DNA from: Candidatus Iainarchaeum sp.
GTDB lineage: Archaea > Iainarchaeota > Iainarchaeia > Iainarchaeales > GCA-2688035
Assembly: GCA_017610205.1 (NCBI GenBank)
Contig: JAFCCL010000007.1
Coordinates: 57,728 to 121,727 of the forward strand
Length of the DNA stretch: 64,000 bases
Reading direction: 5' to 3'
Under the pieces are notes generated by a model that was not told where the DNA came from, searched no databases, and was given only the letters and a program-made list of their open reading frames with translations. Shown piece by piece: positions 10,048-19,228 of this stretch. Both the position numbers and the translations under genes were made by a program. How positions within the stretch are numbered: the first letter of the stretch is position 1; the number at the start of each line of letters is the position of its first letter.

Positions 10048-10082
10048 AGTTACTGAATTAATGCTTACCAACCCCAAAAAAT

Positions 10083-10122
10083 ATTTGCTGTGGCAAAGTT
10101 GTCACAGTAAATTCTTTTTTTT
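10083..10122 (+). terminator. 13-bp hairpin plus T-tract
   Basis: ATTTGCTGTGGCA-aagt-TGTCACAGTAAAT followed by TCTTTTTTT. Confidence 0.6.
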
Positions 10123-10186
10123 AAAATTTAAACAGTTTTGCAGACATCACAACTTTTTTATTCTCTGAAGCGCTTATTTAAAGAAT

Positions 10187-11647
10187 ATGAAAAAGGAATT
10201 TTTGCTGCTTGGAATTATTTTTCTGATTGCTTTTTCCGGTTGTTTGCAACAGGACATAACACCAACTGCAAAAAAGCTTCCTGAAATTGAAGCGGTTTTT
10301 CAAGAATACCCTAATGCAATCATATCTGCTTTTTTTATTAGAAAGGATGTTACAAACCTTATGCTGGAAGAAATTAGAAAAGATTGCGACGCAAACTTTG
10401 AACCAGCATCATATTGGAATGTAATTGTTGTTGCAGAAGGCAGAAAATGGGAATTTTATGTTGATGAAAGTGTTACAAAAGTTGTTTGCACAATTGAGCC
10501 TGATGCGCCAAAACCTAAAAATGAATGTGTTAATGCATCGGAATGTGACGACCTTGATGTAACCACAAAAGATGAATGCAAAGGAAGCCCAAAAAAGTGT
10601 GTATATACATCAATAACTGAATGTATAAACAATGATGGTTATTGCCCCAATGGTTGCGTTTTTGACCAGGATAATGATTGCCCTGCAATTAACCTGTGCC
10701 AGTCAGATTTGGAGTGCATTGACTCAAATAGACTTACAACAGATGTCTGCGAAGGCCAGCCCAAAAGATGCGTTTATTCATTGAAAACATGTGAAGATCT
10801 TGGAGAGGATTTGTGCGAAATATTTGAAGAATGCCTTGGAACTTCTCTTCCAACAACTGACAGTGGCATATGTTGTGACACTACCTGCAGAAAAACAACG
10901 TCTTGTGAAGGAGTAGTATGCGAAGATGAGGAAAAATGTGTAAACGGCATTTGTGTGGAAAAAACATGCAGTGAAAGGGAGTTGCCATTATGCAACACTG
11001 AAGAAAGATGTACTGAAAACTATTATATTGACGGACTTGGAATAAAATGTTGTACAGGAGAGTGCAGAAAACCGTGTTTTTCAAATACCGACTGTGGCAG
11101 TGGCGAAATATGTGATGAGGCAGAGAATTATTGCATTGCCGAGTCATGTAGTGATATTGGCGGGAAAACATGCAACGCGATAACTGAAAGATGCACTGGA
11201 GAAATTGAACGAACAGTTGATAATGATAATTGTTGCCTTGAATGCGGACCAAAGAAATGCTATGATATGGGCGGAATTTTCTGCGATGGGGAAACTGGTG
11301 AAAGTTGTACAAATGCCACTACGACAGCGTTTGATGGAGAATGTTGCCTTGACCAATGCGAAGTTGACCCCTGTTTTAACATAGCTTGTGGTGGAATAAA
11401 CAAAAAATGCAGTGAAGGAGAATGTGTTCTGAAAACCTGTGAGGAAATTGGCGGAATTAACTGGGAACTTTCAGAAACCTGTCAGGGTTATTTTTATGCC
11501 AGTGACGGAATTCTTGATTGCTGTGTTGAGAGAAGCTGTGAGGATATGGGCGGTCAGAAATGCTTAGATGAAACTGTTTGCAGTAATAATACAAGGCTTT
11601 CAACAGATGTTGTTGAATGCTGTACAAATACCTGTATTGCTGAATAA
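10187..11647 (+). CDS. Cysteine-rich repeat lipoprotein
   Basis: Lipobox-like FSGC after a hydrophobic stretch; six C-x-x-x-GG-x-x-C...CC...C-type modules plus CDD/TTD-type repeats. Confidence 0.85.
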   Translation: MKKEFLLLGIIFLIAFSGCLQQDITPTAKKLPEIEAVFQEYPNAIISAFFIRKDVTNLMLEEIRKDCDANFEPASYWNVIVVAEGRKWEFYVDESVTKVVCTIEPDAPKPKNECVNASECDDLDVTTKDECKGSPKKCVYTSITECINNDGYCPNGCVFDQDNDCPAINLCQSDLECIDSNRLTTDVCEGQPKRCVYSLKTCEDLGEDLCEIFEECLGTSLPTTDSGICCDTTCRKTTSCEGVVCEDEEKCVNGICVEKTCSERELPLCNTEERCTENYYIDGLGIKCCTGECRKPCFSNTDCGSGEICDEAENYCIAESCSDIGGKTCNAITERCTGEIERTVDNDNCCLECGPKKCYDMGGIFCDGETGESCTNATTTAFDGECCLDQCEVDPCFNIACGGINKKCSEGECVLKTCEEIGGINWELSETCQGYFYASDGILDCCVERSCEDMGGQKCLDETVCSNNTRLSTDVVECCTNTCIAE

Positions 11648-11711
11648 AAGCCATTAAACACTTGTTTTTAAAGCTTTCCAAGCGATAATTACTAATACAT
11701 TGAGTACACTG

Positions 11712-11869
11712 CATCTGCCCTCAGAGAGTGGATGTAAATGCCAATTTAAAGTTTTTTTGTGGTGTTTTTTCACTGCAGTTCTGATTGGCTCAAAGGAATT
11801 TTTAGCGGACTTGAGCCTTCGCTATAAATTCCAAAGGTTGTGCTTGCAAGACAGTAGTGTGAAAATGTA
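11712..11869 (+). promoter_or_regulatory. Structured 5' leader of the uL3 operon (candidate r-protein leader)
   Basis: Pairings GGCTCAA/TTGAGCC, GGAATTT-TAGCG/CGCTA-AAATTCC, TTTTCAC/GTGAAAA and CATCTGC/GTGGATG. Confidence 0.55.
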
Positions 11870-13096
11870 ATGAGTACAATGTCAAGACCACATGCAGGAT
11901 CGCTTGCCTTTTATCCTAGAAAGCGAGCTTCTAAGGAAACACCTAGCTTTAGCTCTTTTCCAAAAATTGAGGTTAAAGACGGAGACAAATCAAGACCTTT
12001 GAATTTTTTGGTTTACAAGGCAGGAATGACTCACGCTCTTGGAAAAGATACACATGAAAAAAGTGTTACTTCAGGCCATGAGGTTGCTGTTGCAACAACT
12101 GTTTTGGAAGCGCCTGCAATGAAAGTTTTTGGCATTAGAACCTATGGCAAGGCACCAAAAGGATTTTATGGAACTGTTCCAAGCATGGATGTTTTTGCAG
12201 GCAGTATTGACAAAAATTTGCTTAAAAGAATTCATTCGTTTAAGAAAAAAGGCAGTGGAAAAGGAAGGGCTTCAAAAAAGGGCGAAAAGGAAACTGCAAA
12301 AAAAGAGGATAAAAAGGAAACTCCAAACACTTTTGAGGATTTAGAAAAGGCAGGCGAAAAGATTTTTAATGTAAGACTTTTATGCCACACTCAGCCTGCA
12401 AAGACAGGAATTGGCAAGAAAAAACCAGATGTGTGCGAAGTTGGTTTGTCAGGAAATGTTGAACAACAACTCGCTTTTGCAAAAGAAAAACTTGGACACG
12501 AGATTTCTATTTCAGACGTCTTCACAGGAAAACATTTTGTTGATATAAGAGCTGTTTCAAAGGGAAAAGGAATGCAGGGGCCAGTAAAAAGAGCAGGTGT
12601 CAAAATGCAGAGACCAAAAGCAAAGAAAAGGAGAATTGTCGGAAGCATTAGCCCATGGAATCCAAGCACAGTAATGTGGCAGGTTCCAAGACCGGGGCAA
12701 ATGGGATACCATTCAAGAACAGAGTATAACAAAAAAGTTTTGAAGATTGGCCCAGCAGTTAATGTCAAAGAAGTGAATCAGGCAACAGGATTTAAAAATT
12801 ATGGACTTTTAAAAAGTGATTTTGTTATTTTGGCAGGAAGTGTTGTCGGACCATGCAAGAGAGCAATTGGATTGAGAGTACCTATAAGGAAAAGTCCTAT
12901 GGAAAGGCACAAGATAGAGTCTTTGGATTATATTGCAGGTACTGCTGTTGGAACAGAAGATTTTGTTGAAGAAGAAGTTAAAACAGAGAACATTGTTGTA
13001 AAGAAAGAGGAAAAAGTTGAAAAGAAAAGTGTTGCAGAAGAGATTGCAGCAGCAGCCAAAGGCGAGCAAAAAAGGGAGAAGTCAAAGCAAAAGTAA
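11870..13096 (+). CDS. rpl3: 50S ribosomal protein L3 (uL3)
   Basis: GSLAFYPRKR, YKAGMTH, KGKGMQGPVKR, GQMGYHSRTE. Confidence 0.98.
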   Translation: MSTMSRPHAGSLAFYPRKRASKETPSFSSFPKIEVKDGDKSRPLNFLVYKAGMTHALGKDTHEKSVTSGHEVAVATTVLEAPAMKVFGIRTYGKAPKGFYGTVPSMDVFAGSIDKNLLKRIHSFKKKGSGKGRASKKGEKETAKKEDKKETPNTFEDLEKAGEKIFNVRLLCHTQPAKTGIGKKKPDVCEVGLSGNVEQQLAFAKEKLGHEISISDVFTGKHFVDIRAVSKGKGMQGPVKRAGVKMQRPKAKKRRIVGSISPWNPSTVMWQVPRPGQMGYHSRTEYNKKVLKIGPAVNVKEVNQATGFKNYGLLKSDFVILAGSVVGPCKRAIGLRVPIRKSPMERHKIESLDYIAGTAVGTEDFVEEEVKTENIVVKKEEKVEKKSVAEEIAAAAKGEQKREKSKQK

Positions 13097-13124
13097 AACC
13101 TGTTGGAAAAGGTGTTGAATTTTT

Positions 13125-13946
13125 ATGAAAACAAATGTTTTGTCATTGGATGGAAAAAAAGTAAGAGAAATTTCCATTTCAAAGGCGTTTGATTCAGATG
13201 TCGATACAGGTCTCATTAAGAGAGCTGTTTTGAGCATTAGAAGTATGGCGTTGCAGCCAAAGGGTCCAAGTGCAATTGCAGGACGAACAAATACTGCAAA
13301 GTACAGAGGCAGAAGAAGTTTGCCTGCGTCAGAAAGAGGAATAAACGTCGGACATGCAAGGCTTCCCAGGCTTAACAACAGAAGAGGCAGACTTTATGGA
13401 AGGGTTGCAGGGATACCAAGAGCAGTTGGAGGCCCAATGGCTCACCCTCCAAAGCCAGAAAAGGATTTGAAGGAAAGGATTAATAAAAAGGAAAAAAGAG
13501 CTGCGTTGAATTCTGCAATTGCTGCAAGTGTAAGACTTGACCTTGTTGGAACAAGGCATGTTGTTGCAAAAGAAATTGCACTTCCAGTTGTTGTAGATGA
13601 TAAGTTTGAGGAAATAGGCAGGACAAAAGAACTAAAGACAATTTTAAAGACTTTGAATCTTTTGGCTGATGTTGATAACGCAAAGGAAAAGGTCAGGCGA
13701 AGGGCAGGAAAAGGAAAGATGAGGGACAGGAAGAAAAAGGTTAAGAAAAGCATTTTGATTGTTACAGGAAAAACTGCAAATGTATTTAAGGCTGCAAGGA
13801 ATCTGCCAGGTGTTGATATTTGCGTTTCACGCAATCTTAATGCAGAGCTTTTGGCACCAGGATGTGTTCCAGGAAGACTTGTGATTTGGTCAGAGTCTGG
13901 AATAAAGGCTTTGGATGAAAAAGGAGGCGGCAAGAATGCAAGCTGA
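13125..13946 (+). CDS. rpl4: 50S ribosomal protein L4 (uL4)
   Basis: ARLPR, AHPPK, RAGKGKMR, LAPG; operon position. Confidence 0.97.
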   Translation: MKTNVLSLDGKKVREISISKAFDSDVDTGLIKRAVLSIRSMALQPKGPSAIAGRTNTAKYRGRRSLPASERGINVGHARLPRLNNRRGRLYGRVAGIPRAVGGPMAHPPKPEKDLKERINKKEKRAALNSAIAASVRLDLVGTRHVVAKEIALPVVVDDKFEEIGRTKELKTILKTLNLLADVDNAKEKVRRRAGKGKMRDRKKKVKKSILIVTGKTANVFKAARNLPGVDICVSRNLNAELLAPGCVPGRLVIWSESGIKALDEKGGGKNAS

Positions 13947-14211
13947 AAATGATGGGCACCATAATGTTATTTTATTCCCTTTGATTACTGAAAAGGCAGT
14001 TAATATGATTGAGGCAGAAAACAAGCTTTGTTTTATTGTAAACAAGAAGTCAACTAAAGCAGATGTAAAAATGGCAGTTGAAAAAGAATACGCTATAAAA
14101 GTTGATTCTGTCAAAGTTTTGAATGACAGAAAGGGAAGAAAAAAAGCAATTGTTAAAATAAACAAGGCCTTTAAGGCAGATGATGTTGCCACAAAACTTG
14201 GAGTTATATAA
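13936..14211 (+). CDS. rpl23: 50S ribosomal protein L23 (uL23)
   Basis: PLITEKA, KKAIVK; operon position. Confidence 0.97.
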   Translation: MQAENDGHHNVILFPLITEKAVNMIEAENKLCFIVNKKSTKADVKMAVEKEYAIKVDSVKVLNDRKGRKKAIVKINKAFKADDVATKLGVI

Positions 14212-14223
14212 TTAGGTGTTATT

Positions 14224-14946
14224 ATGGGAAGTCGTTTAAGGCAGCAAAGAAGAGGAAAGGGAGGTTCGACCTATGAGGCAAAACACAAAGGCATAAAGGC
14301 AAGTTATAATAATGTTGATGAAAAACAGGCAAAAGAAAAGATTAATGGTCAGGTTATTGACCTGGTAAAGGAATCTGGAAGAAATGCAATTTTAGCACTT
14401 GTAAAGTTTGAGGACAACAGCACAAATTATGTTATTGCCGCTGAAGGACTTGCTGTTGGACAAAGACTTGAGTTTGGTAAAAAGGCAGAAATTGGAATTG
14501 GAAATGTTTTGCCACTTACAGATATTCCTGAAGGATGTCCAGTATTTAATCTTGAACTTGTACCAGGAGACGGTGGAAAAATGGCAAAGGGAACAGGTGT
14601 TTATGCTTTGCTGGTAAACAAGGACAGGAAAGTTGCACATGTTAAAATGCCAAGCGGAAAAACAAAGTTGTTTAATCCTGCCAGCAGGGCCACAATAGGC
14701 TGCAGTGCAGGTGGTGGAAGACCAGATAAACCAAGAGTTAAAGCAGGAAATATGTTTCATTTTATGGCTGCAAAAAGCAGGCATTATCCAAGACTTAGAG
14801 GTGTTGCAATGAATGCTTCAGACCATCCATTTGGAGGAAGTCAGCATCATGCAGGAAAAAGTAAGAGCACAAGCAGGAATGCCCCGCCTGGAAGAAAGGT
14901 TGGAAGTATTGCAAGCAAGAGAACTGGAAGGAAGAAAAAGAACTAA
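14224..14946 (+). CDS. rpl2: 50S ribosomal protein L2 (uL2)
   Basis: QRRGKG, RGVAMNASDHPFGG, PPGRKVG. Confidence 0.98.
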   Translation: MGSRLRQQRRGKGGSTYEAKHKGIKASYNNVDEKQAKEKINGQVIDLVKESGRNAILALVKFEDNSTNYVIAAEGLAVGQRLEFGKKAEIGIGNVLPLTDIPEGCPVFNLELVPGDGGKMAKGTGVYALLVNKDRKVAHVKMPSGKTKLFNPASRATIGCSAGGGRPDKPRVKAGNMFHFMAAKSRHYPRLRGVAMNASDHPFGGSQHHAGKSKSTSRNAPPGRKVGSIASKRTGRKKKN

Positions 14947-14958
14947 AGGTGAATTGTT

Positions 14959-15345
14959 ATGGCGTTGAAAAAAGAATTTAGTTTTAAGGGAAAAAACATT
15001 GAAGAGCTCAAAGGATTAACAATTGAAGAGTTTGCAAAGCTTTGTCCAAGCAGGGCAAGAAGAAGTCTTTTGCGTGGTTTTGATAAGCATTTGCTTAAAA
15101 AAATTGAAAAATCAGACGGAAAAAAGCATATAAGAACCCATAAAAGGGATACTATAGTAATTCCACTAATGGTTGGATTAACCTTTGCTATACATAAAGG
15201 AAATTCTTTTGAAATTGTTGAAATAAAGCCAGGAATGCTTGGGCACTACCTTGGAGAATTTGCATTGACAAGAAAAAGGCTTTTGCATGGAAAAGCAGGA
15301 ATTGGAGCAACCAGAAGCAGTACTGCAATAAGTGCAAGAAAGTGA
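14959..15345 (+). CDS. rps19: 30S ribosomal protein S19 (uS19)
   Basis: RTHKRD, GHYLGEF, GIGATRSS. Confidence 0.98.
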   Translation: MALKKEFSFKGKNIEELKGLTIEEFAKLCPSRARRSLLRGFDKHLLKKIEKSDGKKHIRTHKRDTIVIPLMVGLTFAIHKGNSFEIVEIKPGMLGHYLGEFALTRKRLLHGKAGIGATRSSTAISARK

Positions 15346-15351
15346 TGAAAA

Positions 15352-15822
15352 ATGGTTAAAAAAAATTATCAAATAAAAATAAGGGACGAAAAAAGGACTG
15401 CTAAGGCAATTGCCAAAAACCAGCCTGTTAGCACCAAGTATGCCACAGAGCTTTGCAGGGAAATCAGGGGAAAAAAATTAGGTAAAACTGAAAAAAGGAT
15501 TGAAAGAATTAAAGAGGGAAAAGAATTTTTGCCTTTGAGAACATATAACAAAAAGGTTGCGCACAGAAAAGGAGAAAGTGTTTCAGGAGTAAAAAGCGGA
15601 AGGTTTCCAAAAAAATTGTGTGAAACAATGATTAATGTTTTGGGAAGTGTTAAGGCAAATGCAGACTTTAAAGGGCTTGATTCAGAAAATTTACTTATAA
15701 CACATTGTTTTGCAAGCAGAGGATTTGCAAGGAGAGGAATGCAGCCAAAAGGGCATATTTCAGGAAAAAGAAGGAGAAAAAAGTCGACCCATATTGAAGT
15801 AGTTGTGGAAGAGGCAAAGTGA
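15352..15822 (+). CDS. rpl22: 50S ribosomal protein L22 (uL22)
   Basis: GRFPKK, NADFKGLD, THIEVV. Confidence 0.97.
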   Translation: MVKKNYQIKIRDEKRTAKAIAKNQPVSTKYATELCREIRGKKLGKTEKRIERIKEGKEFLPLRTYNKKVAHRKGESVSGVKSGRFPKKLCETMINVLGSVKANADFKGLDSENLLITHCFASRGFARRGMQPKGHISGKRRRKKSTHIEVVVEEAK

Positions 15823-15832
15823 GGTTGTTGGA

Positions 15833-16813
15833 ATGATAGAAAGAATATTTATTGAGCAGGGAATGAAAAAAATTCAGCTTGAAGAGTATATGAAAAAAAA
15901 TCTTAACAGAGCCGGCTTTACAGGCTTGCAGATGGTTAAGACCCCTCTTGTTACAAGAATTGTGCTTAGAGTAGCAAGACCTGGACTGGCAATAGGAAAA
16001 GGCGGACAAAACATTCGAACACTTACTGAAGAAATTGGAAAAAGGTTTGGCATTGACAATCCTCAAATTGAAATACAGGATATTAAGACACCGGCACTTG
16101 ACTCAAGGGCAACAGTTGATAAAATGGTTGAATTAATTGAAAGAGGCTATAGTTGGAAAAGTGTTGTTTTTAAAACAACAAGAGACATCAAAGAAGCTGG
16201 AGCCCAAGGGGTTGAAATGCTTCTCAAAGGAAAGCTTTCAGGAAAAGGCGGAAGAAAAAGAAAACACAGGGTTATTGATGGTTACATGAAAAAAGCAGGA
16301 GACCAAGTTAAACTTGTTGACACAGCAAAAGCATCAGCATATCCAAAAGCAGGTGCAATAGGAATTACTCTTAGCATAATCCGACCAGAAATTGTCTTTC
16401 CAGACAAAGTAAACATTGCAGCAATTATTAAAGAAAGGAAAAATGCTGAAAAAGCAGCAATTGAAAAGGCAACTGCTGAAGCGGAAAAAGCAGAAGCCAA
16501 AAAAGAAACATCTGAAGAAAAAGAAACAAAAGAAAAAGCAGTTGAAGTAAAAGAAAAAACAAAAAAGGAAGACAAAGAAAAAAAAGATGAAAAAGCAGCC
16601 GCTGGGAAAAAAGAAAAAGCCAGTGAAAAAAAGTCAGAAAAAAAAGAAAAGACAAAGTCTGGAAAAGAACATGAAAAAAAGAAAAAAGAAGAAAAGGCAG
16701 TAAAAAAGCCAGGTGAAAAACACGGCAAAGGAGAAAAAAAAGCTGCTAAAAAACCCGAAAAAGAAAAAAAGGAAAAAGTAGAAAAGAAATCTGAAAAGAA
16801 AGGCAAGAAGTGA
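15833..16813 (+). CDS. rps3: 30S ribosomal protein S3 (uS3) with a long Lys/Glu tail
   Basis: KH motif RPGLAIGKGG, GAQGVE; about 120-aa K/E-rich C-terminal extension. Confidence 0.97.
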   Translation: MIERIFIEQGMKKIQLEEYMKKNLNRAGFTGLQMVKTPLVTRIVLRVARPGLAIGKGGQNIRTLTEEIGKRFGIDNPQIEIQDIKTPALDSRATVDKMVELIERGYSWKSVVFKTTRDIKEAGAQGVEMLLKGKLSGKGGRKRKHRVIDGYMKKAGDQVKLVDTAKASAYPKAGAIGITLSIIRPEIVFPDKVNIAAIIKERKNAEKAAIEKATAEAEKAEAKKETSEEKETKEKAVEVKEKTKKEDKEKKDEKAAAGKKEKASEKKSEKKEKTKSGKEHEKKKKEEKAVKKPGEKHGKGEKKAAKKPEKEKKEKVEKKSEKKGKK

Positions 16814-16820
16814 ATCGTTT

Positions 16821-17207
16821 ATGAAAATTAGTGAAATAAGAACAATGTCAATTTCTGACGCAAGAAAGCAAATTTCAGAACTTAGAACAGAGCTTGCCAA
16901 AGGAAGAGCTATTGCCGCAGGCGGAACAAGACCTGAAAATCCTGGAAAAATAAGAGGCATAAAAAAGAATGTTGCAAGACTTTTGACAGTTATTAATGAA
17001 AAGGTTAAAGCAGGCGAAAAAGAGGAAGTAAAGGAAGAAAAAGGCAGGGAAAAAATTCCTGCAAAAAAAGAAAAGCCGACAAACAAGGCGTCAAAAAAGA
17101 AAAAAAGGGCGATTGGAAAAAAGAAAGTGATTAAATCAAAGAAAGAAAAACAAATCAAAAAGGCAAAAGGAAAGAAAAAAGGTAAAAAAGAGGTGAAAAA
17201 GGCTTAA
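16821..17207 (+). CDS. rpl29: 50S ribosomal protein L29 (uL29) with a Lys-rich tail
   Basis: ENPGKIRGIKKNVARLLTV. Confidence 0.95.
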   Translation: MKISEIRTMSISDARKQISELRTELAKGRAIAAGGTRPENPGKIRGIKKNVARLLTVINEKVKAGEKEEVKEEKGREKIPAKKEKPTNKASKKKKRAIGKKKVIKSKKEKQIKKAKGKKKGKKEVKKA

Positions 17208-17509
17208 TGGATGACATCTGCCCAAAATGCGGGCTGCCGAAAAACTTATGCATCTGTGAACAGATTGCAAAAGAACAACAGAAAATAAAGATAAGGGTTG
17301 ACCACAGGCGATTCAGAAAAACAGTTACACTTGTGAGCGGACTTGGAAAAGATGTAGACATTGAAGGCCTTACAAAACAGCTGAAAAAAAATCTTGCATG
17401 CGGAGGAACCGCAAAAAACGGAGTAATTGTCCTGCAAGGAGATCACAGAAAAAAGGTCAAAGCATTGTTATTGGAGCAAGGTTTCAAAGAGGAGTTGATT
17501 GAAGATTAA
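17207..17509 (+). CDS. Translation initiation factor aIF1/SUI1
   Basis: CPKCGLP, LACGGT, LQGDHR. Confidence 0.96.
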   Translation: MDDICPKCGLPKNLCICEQIAKEQQKIKIRVDHRRFRKTVTLVSGLGKDVDIEGLTKQLKKNLACGGTAKNGVIVLQGDHRKKVKALLLEQGFKEELIED

Positions 17510-17795
17510 GAAAAAAAATTATTGCATTACCGTGAAAAACTTGGCATGCCATGAATGGATTGGATTAAATGCAATGGTTGTAAAAAGCACTGACAAAAGC
17601 AGAATTGGAATAAAAGGAAAAATTATTGATGAAACAAAAAATTTGGTTGTGATTGAAACAAAAAAAGGAGAAAAAAAATTGCCTAAAAAGGAAGTGGAGC
17701 TGATGGTTGAACTTGGAAAAGAAAAAGTTTTGCTTGACTGCAGTAAGCTGTCCCAAAGACCTGAAGACAGAATAAAATATTTTGGAGGAAATTAA
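17499..17795 (+). CDS. rnp1: RNase P protein component 1 (Rpp29)
   Basis: HEWIGL, GKIIDETKN, RPEDRIK; conserved position. Confidence 0.93.
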   Translation: MKIKKKNYCITVKNLACHEWIGLNAMVVKSTDKSRIGIKGKIIDETKNLVVIETKKGEKKLPKKEVELMVELGKEKVLLDCSKLSQRPEDRIKYFGGN

Positions 17796-17796
17796 A

Positions 17797-18327
17797 ATGG
17801 CTGAATGTACTGACAAAAGATGTCCTATACACGGAAAGATAAGTGTAAGAGGAAATATTTTCACCTGCACAGTAATAAGCGCAAAGCCTGATAAGACTGT
17901 GGTAGTTGAAAGGCCAATTGTTAAATTCGTGCCAAAATATGAAAGATATGCCAAATCAAAAAGCAGAATTTATGCACACAACCCAGAATGCATCAATGCA
18001 AAAGAGAATGATGTTGTCAGTGTTGGCGAGACAAGAAGGCTAAGCAAAACAAAATGCTTTGTTGTAACTAAAGTTATTGGAAAGAAAAAAATTGTAAAAG
18101 CCGAAGAGGATACATTTAGAGAGCACAAAAGAGTGAAAAAGGAAGAAAAAAAACCTGAAAAGAAAAAAGAAGAAAAGGAAGAAGAAGCGGAAAAGGAAAA
18201 AGCAATGGAAGAAAAAGAAACAGAAGAAGAAAAGAGCGAGGAAGTTAAAGAAAAACCTACAGAAGATTCAAAAGAAGAGGAAAAAGAACAAAATAAAGAT
18301 GACAAGGAAGAGAAAAAAAGCGAATAA
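17797..18327 (+). CDS. rps17: 30S ribosomal protein S17 (uS17) with an acidic/Lys tail
   Basis: CPIHG, PKYERY, ETRRLSKTK. Confidence 0.97.
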   Translation: MAECTDKRCPIHGKISVRGNIFTCTVISAKPDKTVVVERPIVKFVPKYERYAKSKSRIYAHNPECINAKENDVVSVGETRRLSKTKCFVVTKVIGKKKIVKAEEDTFREHKRVKKEEKKPEKKKEEKEEEAEKEKAMEEKETEEEKSEEVKEKPTEDSKEEEKEQNKDDKEEKKSE

Positions 18328-18346
18328 TTGAATTTTGGTGAAGATT

Positions 18347-18745
18347 ATGAAGGCAATTAGCAGCAATGTTTCAAAAAGTCTGACGCAAAAAAGCAGATGT
18401 ACCTGTGCTGACAATAGTGGCGCAAAGATTGTTGAAATAATCAGCGTGTTTGGATTTAAAGGAAACAAAAGAATGAATCCAAGAGGCGGAATTGCAAGCA
18501 TGGTTAATGTTGTTGTAAAAAAAGGAAAGCCGGAAATCAGGTCAAAAGTTGAACGGGCGGTTATTGTTCGGGTTAAAAAAGAGTACAGGAGACCGAACGG
18601 ATTAAGAATTAGGTTTGAAGACAATGCAGTAGTGCTTGTTGATGAAAAAGGCGTGCCAAAGGCAAGCGAAATAAAAGGAGTTATAGCAAAAGAGGTTGGT
18701 GAAAGATTTCCAAAGATTGCGGGAATTTCATCAGCAGTTATTTAG
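18347..18745 (+). CDS. rpl14: 50S ribosomal protein L14 (uL14)
   Basis: ADNSGAK, RFEDNAVV. Confidence 0.98.
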   Translation: MKAISSNVSKSLTQKSRCTCADNSGAKIVEIISVFGFKGNKRMNPRGGIASMVNVVVKKGKPEIRSKVERAVIVRVKKEYRRPNGLRIRFEDNAVVLVDEKGVPKASEIKGVIAKEVGERFPKIAGISSAVI

Positions 18746-18755
18746 GTGATTGAAA

Positions 18756-19226
18756 ATGAAGGTTGAATCAAGCAAGGCAAAAAAGCAAAGAAAATTCCAT
18801 TATGATAAGCCACTGCATATGAAACAGCAGGATCTTGCAAGTCACCTTGATAAAAAACTGGCAAAACAGCTTGAAAAAAGAAGCGTTGCAGTTAGAAAAA
18901 GTGACACAGTAAAGGTTATGAGAGGCAAAATGAAGGGAAAAAGCGGAAAAATAACCGGTGTAAATTATGGAAAAGGAACAGTTTTTGTTGAAAATATTAT
19001 GAGAAAAAAGGCTAACGGAGAAGAAGTACAGGTTCCACTAAAGGCCTCAAACCTTCTTGTTACCGGTTTGGACAAAAGTGACTCAAAGCGCTTTAAAGGA
19101 AAAGTTTTGAAAGAAGAAAAGAAAAAGGACAAAAAGCCTGCAAAAAAAGAGGAAAAAGCAACACAGGAAAAAAAAGAAAAACCTGTAAAAGATGCAGGAA
19201 ATAAAAATGAAAAGAAGGTGCAGTAA
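18756..19226 (+). CDS. rpl24: 50S ribosomal protein L24 (uL24)
   Basis: KQRK...PLH, KOW motif DTVKVMRG. Confidence 0.96.
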   Translation: MKVESSKAKKQRKFHYDKPLHMKQQDLASHLDKKLAKQLEKRSVAVRKSDTVKVMRGKMKGKSGKITGVNYGKGTVFVENIMRKKANGEEVQVPLKASNLLVTGLDKSDSKRFKGKVLKEEKKKDKKPAKKEEKATQEKKEKPVKDAGNKNEKKVQ

Positions 19227-19228
19227 AA

